Source: Candidatus Limnocylindrales bacterium (GTDB lineage Bacteria > Chloroflexota > Limnocylindria > Limnocylindrales > CSP1-4). From it: a stretch of DNA of 64,000 bases. The notes beneath the pieces are model-generated. The model saw only the letters and a program-made list of their open reading frames with translations. It was not told the DNA's origin and did not search any database. The position numbers and the translations under genes are program-made. Below, piece by piece: positions 8,856-18,489 of the stretch. The DNA is taken from positions 65,339 to 129,338 of the forward strand of contig DATBLH010000069.1 in assembly GCA_036555445.1 (NCBI GenBank). Reading direction: 5' to 3'. How positions within the stretch are numbered: the stretch's first letter is position 1; every line of letters starts with the position of its first letter.

Positions 8856-9878
8856 TCAGTCGAACAGGGCCCTGACGAACCCCTGCGGATCGAAGGCCAG
8901 GAGGTCCTGTTCGCGCTCCCCCACGCCCACGAAGCGGACCGGAACCCCCAGCTCGCGCTCGATCGCGAACACGATGCCGCCCTTCGACGTCGAATCGAGC
9001 TTGGTCAGGACGATCCCGGTCAGCCCGACCGCGTCCTGAAACGCCTTGGCCTGGGCCAGCCCGTTCTGGCCGGTGGTGGCGTCGAGGACGAACAGCGTAT
9101 CCGGCACGGCACCCGGGAGGCGCTTGTCGACGATGCGCCGGATCTTGGCCAGCTCGTCCATGAGGTTCGACTTCGTGTGCAGACGGCCGGCGGTGTCGGC
9201 GATGACGACGTCGGCGCCGCGCGCGACGGCCGCATCGAGGGCGTCGTAGACCACGGCTCCGGGGTCGGCACCGGGCGCGTGGGCCACGATGTCCACCCCC
9301 GCCCGCTCGGCCCAGATCCGCAGCTGGTCGATCGCGGCCGCACGGAACGTATCCGCCGCCGCGAGGATCACGGACCGACCTTCCCCGCGGTAGCGGGCCG
9401 CGAGCTTGCCGATCGTGGTCGTCTTGCCGGTGCCGTTGACGCCCACGACCAGGATCACGGCCGGCTGCCCGACTGCGGCGGGTCTCGGCTCCCAGTCATG
9501 GTCACGTTCGGCCAGGAGGCCGGCGAGCTCGTCGCGGATCATGGACTCGGCGTCCACGCCATCGCGACGCGCCCGAGCGCGCTCCACGAGCTCGATCGCG
9601 AGCGTGGCACCCACGTCGCCCGCGATCAGCTGCTCCTCGACCTCGTCCCAGCCCTCCTCGCCGCCGCGTCCGAGGGCCGTCCGCAGGCGAGCCCCGAACC
9701 CGAGGCGCGACTTCTCGAGGCCGTTCTCGAGCGCCTCCCGCTCCCGCTCGCGCCGCGCCTCGTCCGCCTTCTCGGGCGTCCAGTCGGCGCCCCAGGCCCA
9801 GCCGCCCTGCGGCGGGACCGGCTCGGCCGGGGCATCCGGATCGATCGGTTCGGGTTCTGCCCTGCGCCGCCAGATCAT
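8856..9878 (-). CDS. ftsY: SRP receptor FtsY
   Basis: [20 protein letters not shown]...[13 protein letters not shown]...DTAGRLH. ATG 9878 lies 2 nt after the smc stop. Confidence 0.95.
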   Translation of the reverse strand: MIWRRRAEPEPIDPDAPAEPVPPQGGWAWGADWTPEKADEARREREREALENGLEKSRLGFGARLRTALGRGGEEGWDEVEEQLIAGDVGATLAIELVERARARRDGVDAESMIRDELAGLLAERDHDWEPRPAAVGQPAVILVVGVNGTGKTTTIGKLAARYRGEGRSVILAAADTFRAAAIDQLRIWAERAGVDIVAHAPGADPGAVVYDALDAAVARGADVVIADTAGRLHTKSNLMDELAKIRRIVDKRLPGAVPDTLFVLDATTGQNGLAQAKAFQDAVGLTGIVLTKLDSTSKGGIVFAIERELGVPVRFVGVGEREQDLLAFDPQGFVRALFD

Positions 9879-9882
9879 GGCT

Positions 9883-12800
9883 TCAGCCGGCCGCCACCGG
9901 CTCGGCGACCCGCCCTCGGTCGGCGAGCTCCTGCGCTTCGTCCAGACGGAGGCTGATGACACGACTCACGGAGTCGTCGCCGGCGGTCACCCCGTACAGG
10001 GCGTCGGCCTCCTCGATCGTCCCCCGATTGTGGGTGATGACGACGAACTGGGTCCGCTCCGCGAGCTCGCGAAGTGCGGACGTGAAGCGACCCACATTCG
10101 CCTCGTCGAGGGCCGCGTCCACCTCGTCGAGGACGCAGAACGGCACCGGACGGACCTCGAGCATCGCGAACAGAAGGGCCACCGCGGTGAGCGCCCGCTC
10201 ACCACCCGAGAGCATCGCCAGCGACTGGGCCTTCTTGCCCGGTGGTCGGGCCACGATCTCAACTCCGGTCGCGGCGAGGTCCTCCGGATCGGTGAGGGCC
10301 AGGCGTGCGAACCCGCCGTCGAACAGCTGCCGGAAGCGGGCGTCGAAGGCGCTCTCCAGCGCCCGGAACGTGGCTCGGAACTGCTCTCCGATCATCCGGT
10401 TCAGATCGTCGATGAGTTGTCGCGTGTGGTCGATCGCGGACCGGAGATCGCGGTCTTGCGCCTCGAGCGACTCCAGCCGCTCCCGGACCTCCGCGTACTC
10501 CTCGACCGCGTACGGGTTCGTCGCCCCGAGCTCGTGGAAGCGGCGCCGCAAGCCGGCGAGCTTCGCGGAACCCGGGGGCTCGACCGAAGGCTGCTCCTCG
10601 GCCCACCGCGGGGCGACCCGATCGAGCGCCGCCTCGAACACGCGACCGTCGTCACCGTCGGCGTCGGACGAGTCGGTCACCTGGCCGTCCGTGACCGAGG
10701 CTCCGTCCAGCGCACGCAGACCGAGCTCTCCGAGGCCGGCGAGCTCGACGAGGAGCTGCTCCCGAAGGGCATCGAGCCCGAGCCGGGCCTCGAGCTCGGA
10801 TCGCTCCACCGCTCGCAGCCGCTCGTCGGCGGCGCGCAGGCGCTCGCGAGCGGCGCGGGCGGTGGTCTCCGCGGTCGAGAGCCGATCGCGGGCAGCGGCA
10901 TCGGCGACCCGAAGCTCCTCGAGCGCATGGTGAGCAGCCGTCTCCTCCGCGATGGCCGACGCAATGGCCGCCGCAAGCTCCTGGCGCTCGACCGCCAGGA
11001 CGCCCTGGCGATCGGCGAGCTCCCGCGCAGCGGCATCCGCGGCCGCGATCCGTGCCTCGTCCGCGGTGATCCCGGCGGTGGCGGCCGCGCGACGTGCCTC
11101 TGCCTCGCGACGTGATCGATCCGTCGCCGCGTGGTCGGCCGCGAGCCGATCCCGGCGCTGCCGGAGGTCGGCCACGCGAACCTCCCATGCGGCGAGCCCC
11201 TCGCGCCGGACCTCGCTCACCGGCTTGGCATCCCTGATGCCGCCCGATGCCTCTGCCATGGCGACAGCGTCCCGAGCGCGGTCGGCCTCGCCTCGCAGCC
11301 GTGCGGACTGTGCCTCGTGCCAGCCGGCCTCGCGGATCGCCGCTTCCAGCAAGCGCGCCGCCTGCCGCTCATCCTCGTCCGCCCGCCGTCGGACGGTCTC
11401 ACTCGCCGTTCGGTGCACAAGCGCCTGCTCTGCTGCCGCGGTGGCCTCGGCGGCGGCCGTGGCGGCCGCGGCCGCATCACGCTCGGTGGCGGCGGCTTCA
11501 CCGGCAAGTCGTTCGGCCTCCGCCTCCAAACGATCGAGCTCGGCCCGCCGATCCAGGACACCGTCGGGCGTGCCGAAGCGGATCGTGAGCTGCGTCACCA
11601 CCGCCGATCCGTCCCTGACGACCGCCAGCCAGCCGGGTGGCAGTGATGCCCGCAGCTCGAGACACCGCTCCAGGGTCGGCAGCCAGACTGCGCGGCCAAG
11701 GAGTGCCCCTGCCACCCCGGCGGGGTCCCGTCGGACCGCATCCGTCAGGCGCCCGCCGGCGGCGTCGGCCACCGCGTCGAGGAGCCGCCGGGCGCCGGGC
11801 TCGGCAGCCGGGTCCCTCGGACCTTTCACCTCGGCGACGAGCATTCCCCGTTCGCCCGACAGCGCCGACACGGCCTCGGGCGGAACGAGATAGGCACGGA
11901 CGGCCTCGGCGAGTGCGGCCTCGATCGATGGGCGCATCCCGGGGTCGACGACAAGGTTGTCGTCGATCCGATGCCCGCCGCGCCGACGAGCTGCGCGCGC
12001 GATGCCGCGCTCCTCCTCCTCGGCAATCCGGGCGCGAAGCGCATCCAGGTGCCCGCGGACTTCCGCCAGCGCGGCCGCCGCCCGTCCGGCTGCCTCCGCG
12101 GCGCTCCTCCGCCTGGCATCCGCGGACATGGCGTCGGATCGCAGCCGCTCCCATGCGGCCTGGGCCTCGGTCTCGATCTTCATGGCCGCGGCGGCGGCGC
12201 TGCGCGCCGCCTCGGTCGCGGCATGCAGGTCGTCGCGTCGCTCGCCGGCGGCCCGCGCGCGACCGGCTTCGTCCGCGGCGAGCCGCTCTGCGTCGGCCAG
12301 CCGTCGCCGCGCCGTCTCGGCCTCGGCGGTTCGCGCGGACTCCGCGCGTCGCAGGGCGGCGAGATCCTCGCCCTGCGCCTGGTCGGCGGTCCGCAGGGCA
12401 GCCAGCTCCGCCAACCCCTCCGCGAGTGCGCGGTCGGCCTCGGACAGCGTCGCCTCCAGGGCGACGTCGCGTTCCGGGACGGCGGTCGCCAACTCCCTCC
12501 GCCGGGCAACGAGATCGGCCTCCGCGACCGCTCGCTCGTCGGCCAGCCGTCTCCGGTCGCGCTCCATGGCACTCGCATCGGCCTCGAGTCCGACGTCGCG
12601 CAGCCGCAGCTCCGTGACCGCGGTCCGTGCGATCTCATGGCGCTCCCGGCGCTCGGTCTCGTCGGCGGCACGGGTGGCGAGCTCAGTGGCGACGCTGCCC
12701 GCCGAATCCTCGGCCGCGGTCAGCTCGGCCATCGCCCGGTCCGCCTCGGCTGCCGCCCCGACGCGCTCCGCTTCGGCCGCCAGCACCCGACGCGTCGCCT

Positions 12801-13515
12801 CGTGCCAACGAGCATGAGCTGCCGCCACGAGTGCTCCAGCCAACTCCTGTGCGGCGGTCGCCCGGGTGGCCTGCTGTTCGGCCTGCGCCGCGAGCCGGCG
12901 CGCCTGTGGTCGCAGCTCGGCCAGGATGTCCTCGACCCGCGCGAGATTGGCCTCCGATTCGGCGAGCTGGTCCTCGGCCTTGCGGCGGCGGCGCTCCGGG
13001 CGTCGGACTCCGGCGACCTCCTCGAACAGCGGACGGCGCTCTTCGGGGCGCAAGGCGAGCGCCTGGTCGACCATTCCCTGCCCGATGAACAGGAACGCGT
13101 TGTCGGCAAGGTGGGCGGCATCGAGGAGGTCGACGAGGTCGCGCAGGCGTATCCGCTGTCGATTCAGCAGGTAGTCGTTCTCACCGGACCGATACAGCCG
13201 CCGACCGAGCTCGACCAGCGAGTACTCGACGGGGAGGAGTCCGTCGCCGTTGTCCACGACCAGCGCGACGTCGGCCATGCCCAGTGCCGGCCGCCGCTCG
13301 GAGCCGGCGAAGATCACGTCCTCCGACTTCCGGGTGCGGAGCGATCGGCCCTGTTCGCCGAGGGCCCAGCGCAGCGCGTCGGCGAGGTTGGACTTTCCCG
13401 ATCCGTTCGGCCCCACGACCGCGCTGATCCCGGGTCCGAACTCGACCAGGGTCCGCTCGGCAAACGACTTGAACCCGTGGAGCCGGACCGACAGCAGTCG
13501 AGCCGGCGCGCTCAT
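9883..13515 (-). CDS. smc: Chromosome segregation protein SMC
   Basis: 1210 aa. Contains the N-terminal FKSF...GPNGSGKSN Walker A, long Ala/Arg/Glu coiled coils, and C-terminal LSGGERALTAVALLFA...LDEVDAALD. Confidence 0.95.
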   Translation of the reverse strand: MSAPARLLSVRLHGFKSFAERTLVEFGPGISAVVGPNGSGKSNLADALRWALGEQGRSLRTRKSEDVIFAGSERRPALGMADVALVVDNGDGLLPVEYSLVELGRRLYRSGENDYLLNRQRIRLRDLVDLLDAAHLADNAFLFIGQGMVDQALALRPEERRPLFEEVAGVRRPERRRRKAEDQLAESEANLARVEDILAELRPQARRLAAQAEQQATRATAAQELAGALVAAAHARWHEATRRVLAAEAERVGAAAEADRAMAELTAAEDSAGSVATELATRAADETERRERHEIARTAVTELRLRDVGLEADASAMERDRRRLADERAVAEADLVARRRELATAVPERDVALEATLSEADRALAEGLAELAALRTADQAQGEDLAALRRAESARTAEAETARRRLADAERLAADEAGRARAAGERRDDLHAATEAARSAAAAAMKIETEAQAAWERLRSDAMSADARRRSAAEAAGRAAAALAEVRGHLDALRARIAEEEERGIARAARRRGGHRIDDNLVVDPGMRPSIEAALAEAVRAYLVPPEAVSALSGERGMLVAEVKGPRDPAAEPGARRLLDAVADAAGGRLTDAVRRDPAGVAGALLGRAVWLPTLERCLELRASLPPGWLAVVRDGSAVVTQLTIRFGTPDGVLDRRAELDRLEAEAERLAGEAAATERDAAAAATAAAEATAAAEQALVHRTASETVRRRADEDERQAARLLEAAIREAGWHEAQSARLRGEADRARDAVAMAEASGGIRDAKPVSEVRREGLAAWEVRVADLRQRRDRLAADHAATDRSRREAEARRAAATAGITADEARIAAADAAARELADRQGVLAVERQELAAAIASAIAEETAAHHALEELRVADAAARDRLSTAETTARAARERLRAADERLRAVERSELEARLGLDALREQLLVELAGLGELGLRALDGASVTDGQVTDSSDADGDDGRVFEAALDRVAPRWAEEQPSVEPPGSAKLAGLRRRFHELGATNPYAVEEYAEVRERLESLEAQDRDLRSAIDHTRQLIDDLNRMIGEQFRATFRALESAFDARFRQLFDGGFARLALTDPEDLAATGVEIVARPPGKKAQSLAMLSGGERALTAVALLFAMLEVRPVPFCVLDEVDAALDEANVGRFTSALRELAERTQFVVITHNRGTIEEADALYGVTAGDDSVSRVISLRLDEAQELADRGRVAEPVAAG

Positions 13516-14282
13516 GCGCTTGCCCGGTCCGAGCCCTCGCGCCCTGGTGCACCCTCACCCGACCCGGCGGCACCCGCCCGCTTCGCCTGCCACGTGGATC
13601 GGATCCGCTCGAGCGCCACCGCGGCCGCGGCCGTCTCGGCGATGCGGCGCGACGATCCCTCGCCCCGACCCATGACCCGCCCGTCCACCTGGACCTCGAT
13701 CCGGAACAGCTTGTCGTGGTCGGGGCCGACGGCCGCGAGTACCCGGTACAGCGGACGCGCCCCCGACGTTCGCTGCGTGTATTCCTGAAGTCGGCTCTTC
13801 GGGCTCTTGAGCGAAGCGGGTGGCACGTCGAGCGCGATCTCCGGACCGGCCAGCTCGAGGATCCACGCGCGCGTCGGCTCCCAGCCGAGGTCGAGATAGA
13901 TGGCACCCGCGAGTGCCTCGAACGACGACGCGAGGAGCGATGGACGGCGGCGGCCGCCGCGGGCGGCCTCGCCTTCGCCCAGCAGCAGGTGATCGGCGAG
14001 GCCCAGGCGCGTTGCGAGTCGGGCGAGACCGGAGGTGGACACGATCGCCGCCCGGCGGGCCGAAAGCACGCCCTCGTCATCGTCCGGGTGCCGGTCGAAG
14101 AGGGCAACGGAGATCGCCAGATTCACGACCGCGTCGCCGAGGAACTCGAGCCGCTCGTTGTGCCCGCGTGCCGCATCACGATGCTCGTGGAGCCAGCTGG
14201 AGTGGATGAGGGCCTGGTTGAGCAGGCTCAGATCGCGGATCGGGAGGCCGAGCCGAGCGGCGAAGGCTTCTGCCCGGGCCAC
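13512..14282 (-). CDS. rnc: Ribonuclease III
   Basis: HNERLEFLGDAVVNL...SFEALAGAIYLD plus a dsRBD. I prefer GTG 14282, because the tracked start at 14378 would overlap acpP. 4-nt overlap with the smc start. Confidence 0.9.
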   Translation of the reverse strand: MARAEAFAARLGLPIRDLSLLNQALIHSSWLHEHRDAARGHNERLEFLGDAVVNLAISVALFDRHPDDDEGVLSARRAAIVSTSGLARLATRLGLADHLLLGEGEAARGGRRRPSLLASSFEALAGAIYLDLGWEPTRAWILELAGPEIALDVPPASLKSPKSRLQEYTQRTSGARPLYRVLAAVGPDHDKLFRIEVQVDGRVMGRGEGSSRRIAETAAAAVALERIRSTWQAKRAGAAGSGEGAPGREGSDRASA

Positions 14283-14316
14283 CGAGCCGGTCGAGGGTTT
14301 GGCGGCGTCGTGACCG

Positions 14317-14553
14317 CTAGGTACTGTGCTCGTCGATGTAGTCCACCGCGTCCTGGACCGTGCGGATCTTCTCGGCATCCTCGTCCGAGATCTCCGTCCC
14401 GAACTCCTCTTCGAGACTCATGATGAGCTCGACCAGATCGAGGGAGTCGGCATTCAGGTCGTCGACGAACGAGGCCTCAGGCTTGACCTCATCCTCCTCG
14501 ACGCCGAGCTGCTCGACGACGATCTTCTTGAGGCGCTCGTAGGTGCTGGCCAC
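14317..14553 (-). CDS. acpP: Acyl carrier protein
   Basis: 78 aa with the [20 protein letters not shown] phosphopantetheine-site motif. GTG start with GGAGGG 5 nt upstream. Confidence 0.95.
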   Translation of the reverse strand: MASTYERLKKIVVEQLGVEEDEVKPEASFVDDLNADSLDLVELIMSLEEEFGTEISDEDAEKIRTVQDAVDYIDEHST

Positions 14554-15058
14554 TGACTCCCTCCTCGGAGCTGGGTGCTCCCGGTCGCTCGTCGACCGGC
14601 TCCTGCGCGAGCCTCCCGAGGACGCCGTTCATCAGGCGGCGCATCGGGTCACCACTGTAGATTCGTGCCAGCTCGACCCATTCAGCGATCGCCACCCGGG
14701 CCGGCGTCGGCGAGTGTAACACCTCACCAACGGCGCAACGGAGGAGGGATCGGTCCATCCGCGCGAGCTGGACGACGGGATACCGGGTGGCGAGTTGCTC
14801 GATCCGCGCGTCGATCTCGACCCGGTGCTCCACGACCGCGGACAGGATCCTGCGCGCGAGCTCGGCAGCGGTCGGATCGCCCTCGGATTCGGCGAGGTGG
14901 CGCTCGAGGACGGCGGCTGCGGTGCGCTGGCCGAAGTCGGCCTCGAAGACGGCAGCGAGGGCCAGTCGACGGCCCGCGCGTCGGGATCGGATCGTGTCCG
15001 AGGCGCGGGGAGATGCGGCTCCCGACCCTCGGCGCGGCCCCTCAGCTCCCGACGCCAT
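14489..15058 (-). CDS. nusB: Transcription antitermination factor NusB
   Basis: [13 protein letters not shown]...[20 protein letters not shown]...[11 protein letters not shown]...[11 protein letters not shown] infer the start at ATG 15058. The 3' end runs 65 nt into acpP. Confidence 0.8.
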   Translation of the reverse strand: MASGAEGPRRGSGAASPRASDTIRSRRAGRRLALAAVFEADFGQRTAAAVLERHLAESEGDPTAAELARRILSAVVEHRVEIDARIEQLATRYPVVQLARMDRSLLRCAVGEVLHSPTPARVAIAEWVELARIYSGDPMRRLMNGVLGRLAQEPVDERPGAPSSEEGVSGQHLRAPQEDRRRAARRRGG

Positions 15059-15356
15059 CGACCAGGACGGTGACGGCCCCGAGCTCCATGCCCAGGAGCC
15101 GCTCGACCGCGGCACCCACCGCCGCCCGGACCTGGTCGGCGACCGGGCCCAGGGGCTGACCCGGGCGCGCAATGACCACGACCCGGACGTCCACCCGGCC
15201 GTCGTGGACGCGGGTTCGGATCGGCGAGCCGGACAGGAGGGCCCGCCAGGCCGGCCCGGCGCGCCCGACGCGGAGGACCCCGGGGACCTCGACTGCCGCC
15301 AATCGGACCATCTCCGAGATCACGCCCTGGCCCACGGTCAGTTCGGGGGAGCTCAT
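15042..15356 (-). CDS. Asp23/Gls24 family protein (YqhY-like)
   Basis: 104 aa: GQGVISEMVRLAAVEVPGVLRV...VDVRVVVIARPGQPLGPVADQVRAAV. ATGA overlap with the plsX stop. The asp23-nusB adjacency matches Bacillus. Confidence 0.8.
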   Translation of the reverse strand: MSSPELTVGQGVISEMVRLAAVEVPGVLRVGRAGPAWRALLSGSPIRTRVHDGRVDVRVVVIARPGQPLGPVADQVRAAVGAAVERLLGMELGAVTVLVDGVGS

Positions 15357-16420
15357 GCCGGTGCCTTCGCGGACGGTGAGGTCGAGGCTCCGGTTTCGGG
15401 CGCGGGATCGGCAGGCACTCCGTGCCCGAGAGCCTCGGCGATCCGGTCGGGGACACGCTCGCGGGCCATCCCCGCGGCGACCTGGCAGGCATAGCCGATC
15501 ATCCGCCGCCGCGCCCGGCCGTGGGTGATCACGACTGCGCCACGAACCCCGAGCAACGGTGAGCCGCCCACCTTCTCGTAGTCGAACGTGCCGCGGATCC
15601 GCCCCAGAGCTGGTCGCAGGAGCAGATACGCCAGGCGTCCGCGGAGCGATCCCCGGAACTCTTCCCGGAAGCGCTCGAAGATGAAGCCGGACAGGCCCTC
15701 GAAAAACTTGATCACGACGTTGCCGAGGACCGCGTCGCAAACGACCACGTCGGCCATCTGCCGGGTCAGGTCCTTGCCCTCGACATTGCCGACGAACCGG
15801 AGCCCTCCCTCGAGGTCCAGCAGCTCGGTGGCTCGCTGGATCCGCTGGTCGCCCTTGCCCTTCTCCTCGCCGATGGACAGGAGCGCGACCCGGGGATCGG
15901 CCACCCCCAGGACCCGCTCGGAGAAGATCGAGCCCATCCGGGCGAACTGGACCAGGTTCTCGGGCGTCGAATCGGGGTTGGCGCCGATGTCGAGGATCAC
16001 GAACGGCCGCTCCCCCGCCGGGATCTGGACGGCGAGCGCCGGTCGGTCGACGCCGCGCAGCCTGCCCAGCCGGAGCACCGCCGCGGCCATCCCTGCGCCG
16101 GTATGGCCGGCAGTCACCACGGCGTCAGCCTGATCCCTGCGAACGAGCTCGGTGGCGACGAGGATCGACGAGTCCTTCTTCTCGCGCAGGGCGAGTGCCG
16201 GGTGCTCGTCCATCCCGACGACCTGGGTGGCGTGGACGACCTCGACGTTCGCGGGAAGCTCGCCGGCCGTCGCCTCGATCACCGCCCGGTCGCCGACGAG
16301 CGCGACCCGGTCTTCCGGATGGTCGATCGCGAACGCGATCGCCCCGGGCACCACCTCGGTCGGGCCGTGATCGCTGCCCATCGCGTCGACGGCGACGCGG
16401 ACCGCGCGGCGCTCGTCCAC
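15353..16420 (-). CDS. plsX: Phosphate acyltransferase PlsX
   Basis: RVAVDAMGSDHGP...VVTAGHTGAGMAAA...GAVVITHGRA. Confidence 0.95.
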   Translation of the reverse strand: MDERRAVRVAVDAMGSDHGPTEVVPGAIAFAIDHPEDRVALVGDRAVIEATAGELPANVEVVHATQVVGMDEHPALALREKKDSSILVATELVRRDQADAVVTAGHTGAGMAAAVLRLGRLRGVDRPALAVQIPAGERPFVILDIGANPDSTPENLVQFARMGSIFSERVLGVADPRVALLSIGEEKGKGDQRIQRATELLDLEGGLRFVGNVEGKDLTRQMADVVVCDAVLGNVVIKFFEGLSGFIFERFREEFRGSLRGRLAYLLLRPALGRIRGTFDYEKVGGSPLLGVRGAVVITHGRARRRMIGYACQVAAGMARERVPDRIAEALGHGVPADPAPETGASTSPSAKAPA

Positions 16421-16429
16421 GGTGCCTCC

Positions 16430-16630
16430 CTAGGAGGCGGCTTCGTCGGCCGGCTTCTTCAGCTCGAGGACCTGGCGGCCGCCGTACCAGCCGCAGTTCG
16501 GGCACACGTGATGTGACCGCTTCGGCTCGTGGCAGTGAGGGCACGCCTCGAGCTGCGGCAGTTTGAGCGCGAGATGGGCGCGTCGTTCGCCCTGGCGGGC
16601 GTGGGACACCCTGCGCTTGGGGACACCCAT
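16430..16630 (-). CDS. rpmF: 50S ribosomal protein L32
   Basis: MGVPKRRVSHARQGERRAH...CPHCHEPKRSHHVCPNCGWY. Confidence 0.95.
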   Translation of the reverse strand: MGVPKRRVSHARQGERRAHLALKLPQLEACPHCHEPKRSHHVCPNCGWYGGRQVLELKKPADEAAS

Positions 16631-16706
16631 GGGATCTTCGCTGGCTCCTTCGTCGGCGGTCCCTGGTCGGCCGGCCGGTGTGGTGGGTCGTGGTCGAGGC
16701 GGGAGT

Positions 16707-17357
16707 CTACCGGGTCGCGGTTCGCCCGTCGACCTTCGAGCGGGCCCGCCGTTCGTCCGTCACCGGGCCCGGCGACGACTCCGCCTGCTCGGCCGGGCGG
16801 AAGTCCAGGAGGGCCGCCAGTCTCGGGTCCACCTCGTCCTCGTCGTGGCGGTGATCGCCCGTCTCCATCGGCTCGCCGCAGACCGCGCACAGCCCCGGGC
16901 AGTCGGGCCGGCACACCGGCGCGATCGGCTCGGCGAGGCTGATCGCGTCCGCGACGCTCGGCTCGAGCTCCAGCTCGTGGTGGTCGTTGAGGCGGAGGAT
17001 GTCCGGTTCGCCGGCGCGGTCGATCGGTTGGCCGTCGGGGTCGAGCGACGGCAGCGCCTCCTCCTCGATCCGGAGCTCGATCGGGACCTCGATCGCGCGC
17101 AGGCATCGGCTGCACTCGGCGTCCAGCGAGGCCTCCAGCGCCGCGGTGACCAGCAGGCCCCGGTTCGTCCGGGTCAGGCGAACGTGACCCTGGATCGGGT
17201 CGTCGAGCCGGAGATCGTCGGGCAGTGGGATCGTGACCCCGGCGACGTCGTGGTCGCGCGTCGAGCCCAGCGGCTCCGAGAGGAGCGCCGCGACATTCCA
17301 CGTCAGCGGACGGAGATCGGCCACCGGCTGCCGCCGACGCGGAGAGCCGCGGCTCAT
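16707..17357 (-). CDS. yceD: DUF177 (YceD/YlbN) family protein
   Basis: ECSRCL...CRPDCPGLCAVCG motifs, and a position immediately upstream of rpmF. Confidence 0.85.
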   Translation of the reverse strand: MSRGSPRRRQPVADLRPLTWNVAALLSEPLGSTRDHDVAGVTIPLPDDLRLDDPIQGHVRLTRTNRGLLVTAALEASLDAECSRCLRAIEVPIELRIEEEALPSLDPDGQPIDRAGEPDILRLNDHHELELEPSVADAISLAEPIAPVCRPDCPGLCAVCGEPMETGDHRHDEDEVDPRLAALLDFRPAEQAESSPGPVTDERRARSKVDGRTATR

Positions 17358-17917
17358 AACCGGGCGGGCTGTGACGCGCCCTCTTCCGACTCCTCCTCGT
17401 ACCCGATGGCGCCCTCGTCGGCCTCGGCGCCGGGCTCGAACCCGTTGTCGCTCCCGGGTTCACGGAGCGTCGCCCGTCGCTCGTCGAGCAGGACGATCCC
17501 CTTCTTGATGCTCTGGAGCGTGCGGACCACGTCGCCCTCGAGTCCCACGAGAACGCTGACGGCATACTCGTCGGCGCCGCGTCGGACCTCGTCACCGTCC
17601 CGCTCGGCGTCCTCGAGGATTCGGCGGCTCTCCTCCTCCGCCTGCTGGGTGAGGCCTCGCTCCTCGATCAGGAACGCCGCCTGCTCCTGCGCGCGCGCGA
17701 CGATCCGCTCCGCCTCTTCCTGGGCCTTCTCGATGATTCGCTCGCCCTCGGAGTTGATCCGCTTGGCAGCGCGAACCTCTTCGGGGACCGCCACCCGCAG
17801 CTCGTCGATGAGCCCGAGGGCGACGTTCTGGTCGACCACGACGTTGGGCGTCAGCGGCAACCGCTTGCCATTCGCGATCAGTGATTCGAGACGTTCGACG
17901 AGGAAGATGATGTCCAG
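17354..17917 (-). CDS. Coiled-coil protein, DivIVA/SepIVA-like (often annotated ATPase subunit H-like); likely non-canonical CTG start
   Basis: The track gives 17354..17860 from TTG. The frame stays open to 17962, and the upstream residues (L)DIIFLVERLESLIANGKRLPLT look like the conserved N-terminus of this family. GGAG lies 9 nt before CTG 17917. Confidence 0.65.
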   Translation of the reverse strand: MDIIFLVERLESLIANGKRLPLTPNVVVDQNVALGLIDELRVAVPEEVRAAKRINSEGERIIEKAQEEAERIVARAQEQAAFLIEERGLTQQAEEESRRILEDAERDGDEVRRGADEYAVSVLVGLEGDVVRTLQSIKKGIVLLDERRATLREPGSDNGFEPGAEADEGAIGYEEESEEGASQPARL

Positions 17918-17958
17918 CGGGACGTCTCCATTGGTGCCCGGCGTTGGCCCTCGCGGGG

Positions 17959-17967
17959 ATTATGGCA
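17959..17967 (-). promoter_or_regulatory. Extended -10-like element (TGcCATAAT) upstream of the DivIVA/SepIVA-like gene
   Basis: Minus strand reads CCGTGCCATAATCCCC, 42 nt upstream of CTG 17917. Confidence 0.35.
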
Positions 17968-17991
17968 CGGCCCGCTGCCGCGCTCCGGGCG

Positions 17992-18489
17992 TCAGCGACG
18001 GCGAACCATCTGATCCAGCCTGGCCACGACGGCCGCGGGCACCATCTCGCCGACGTCGCCCCCGAACGACGCGATCTCCTTGACCAGGCTCGAGCTCACG
18101 TAGCCGTGCTCCACGGACGTCATCAGGAACACCGTATCCACGTCGGGTGCCAGGCGGCGATTGTTGTGGGCGAGCTGGATCTCGGTCTCGAAGTCGCTGA
18201 TCGCGCGCAGCCCGCGCACGATGAAGCTGGCCTCACGGGCGTGGCAGAAGTCGACGGTCAGGCCGTCGAATGCCTCGACCTCGATCTGCGCCCCGAGGCT
18301 GCCGGCGGACTCCCCGAGCGCCTCGCGGATCAGCTCGATCCGGTCGTCGGTCGCGAGCAGTGGTTGCTTCCGCGGATTGGCCAGGACGCCGACGATGATC
18401 CGGTCGAAGACGGTCGAGGCGCGACGGATGACGTCGACATGGCCGTTCGTGATCGGGTCGAACGACCCGGGGTAGACCGCGACCCTCAC
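17992..18489 (-). CDS. coaD: Phosphopantetheine adenylyltransferase
   Basis: VAVYPGSFDPITNGHVDVIRRA...SSSLVKEI. GTG 18489 forms a GTGA overlap with the rsmD stop. The tracked 403-aa ORF is over-extended. Confidence 0.95.
   Translation of the reverse strand: MRVAVYPGSFDPITNGHVDVIRRASTVFDRIIVGVLANPRKQPLLATDDRIELIREALGESAGSLGAQIEVEAFDGLTVDFCHAREASFIVRGLRAISDFETEIQLAHNNRRLAPDVDTVFLMTSVEHGYVSSSLVKEIASFGGDVGEMVPAAVVARLDQMVRRR

Noticed and set aside
8853-8858. Convergent MFS and ftsY genes abut with zero spacing (the TGATCA stop/stop palindrome) and no terminator.
   Set aside because: This is real but trivial. It reflects genome compaction and carries no specific functional implication that can be read from the sequence.
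17927-17934. A 17-codon upstream ORF (ATGGAGACG...TGA) overlapping the region upstream of the DivIVA/SepIVA-like gene.
   Set aside because: It is out of frame with the conserved N-terminal residues, has no SD, and has low-complexity Ser-rich content. The GGAG within it is better explained as the SD for CTG 17917.
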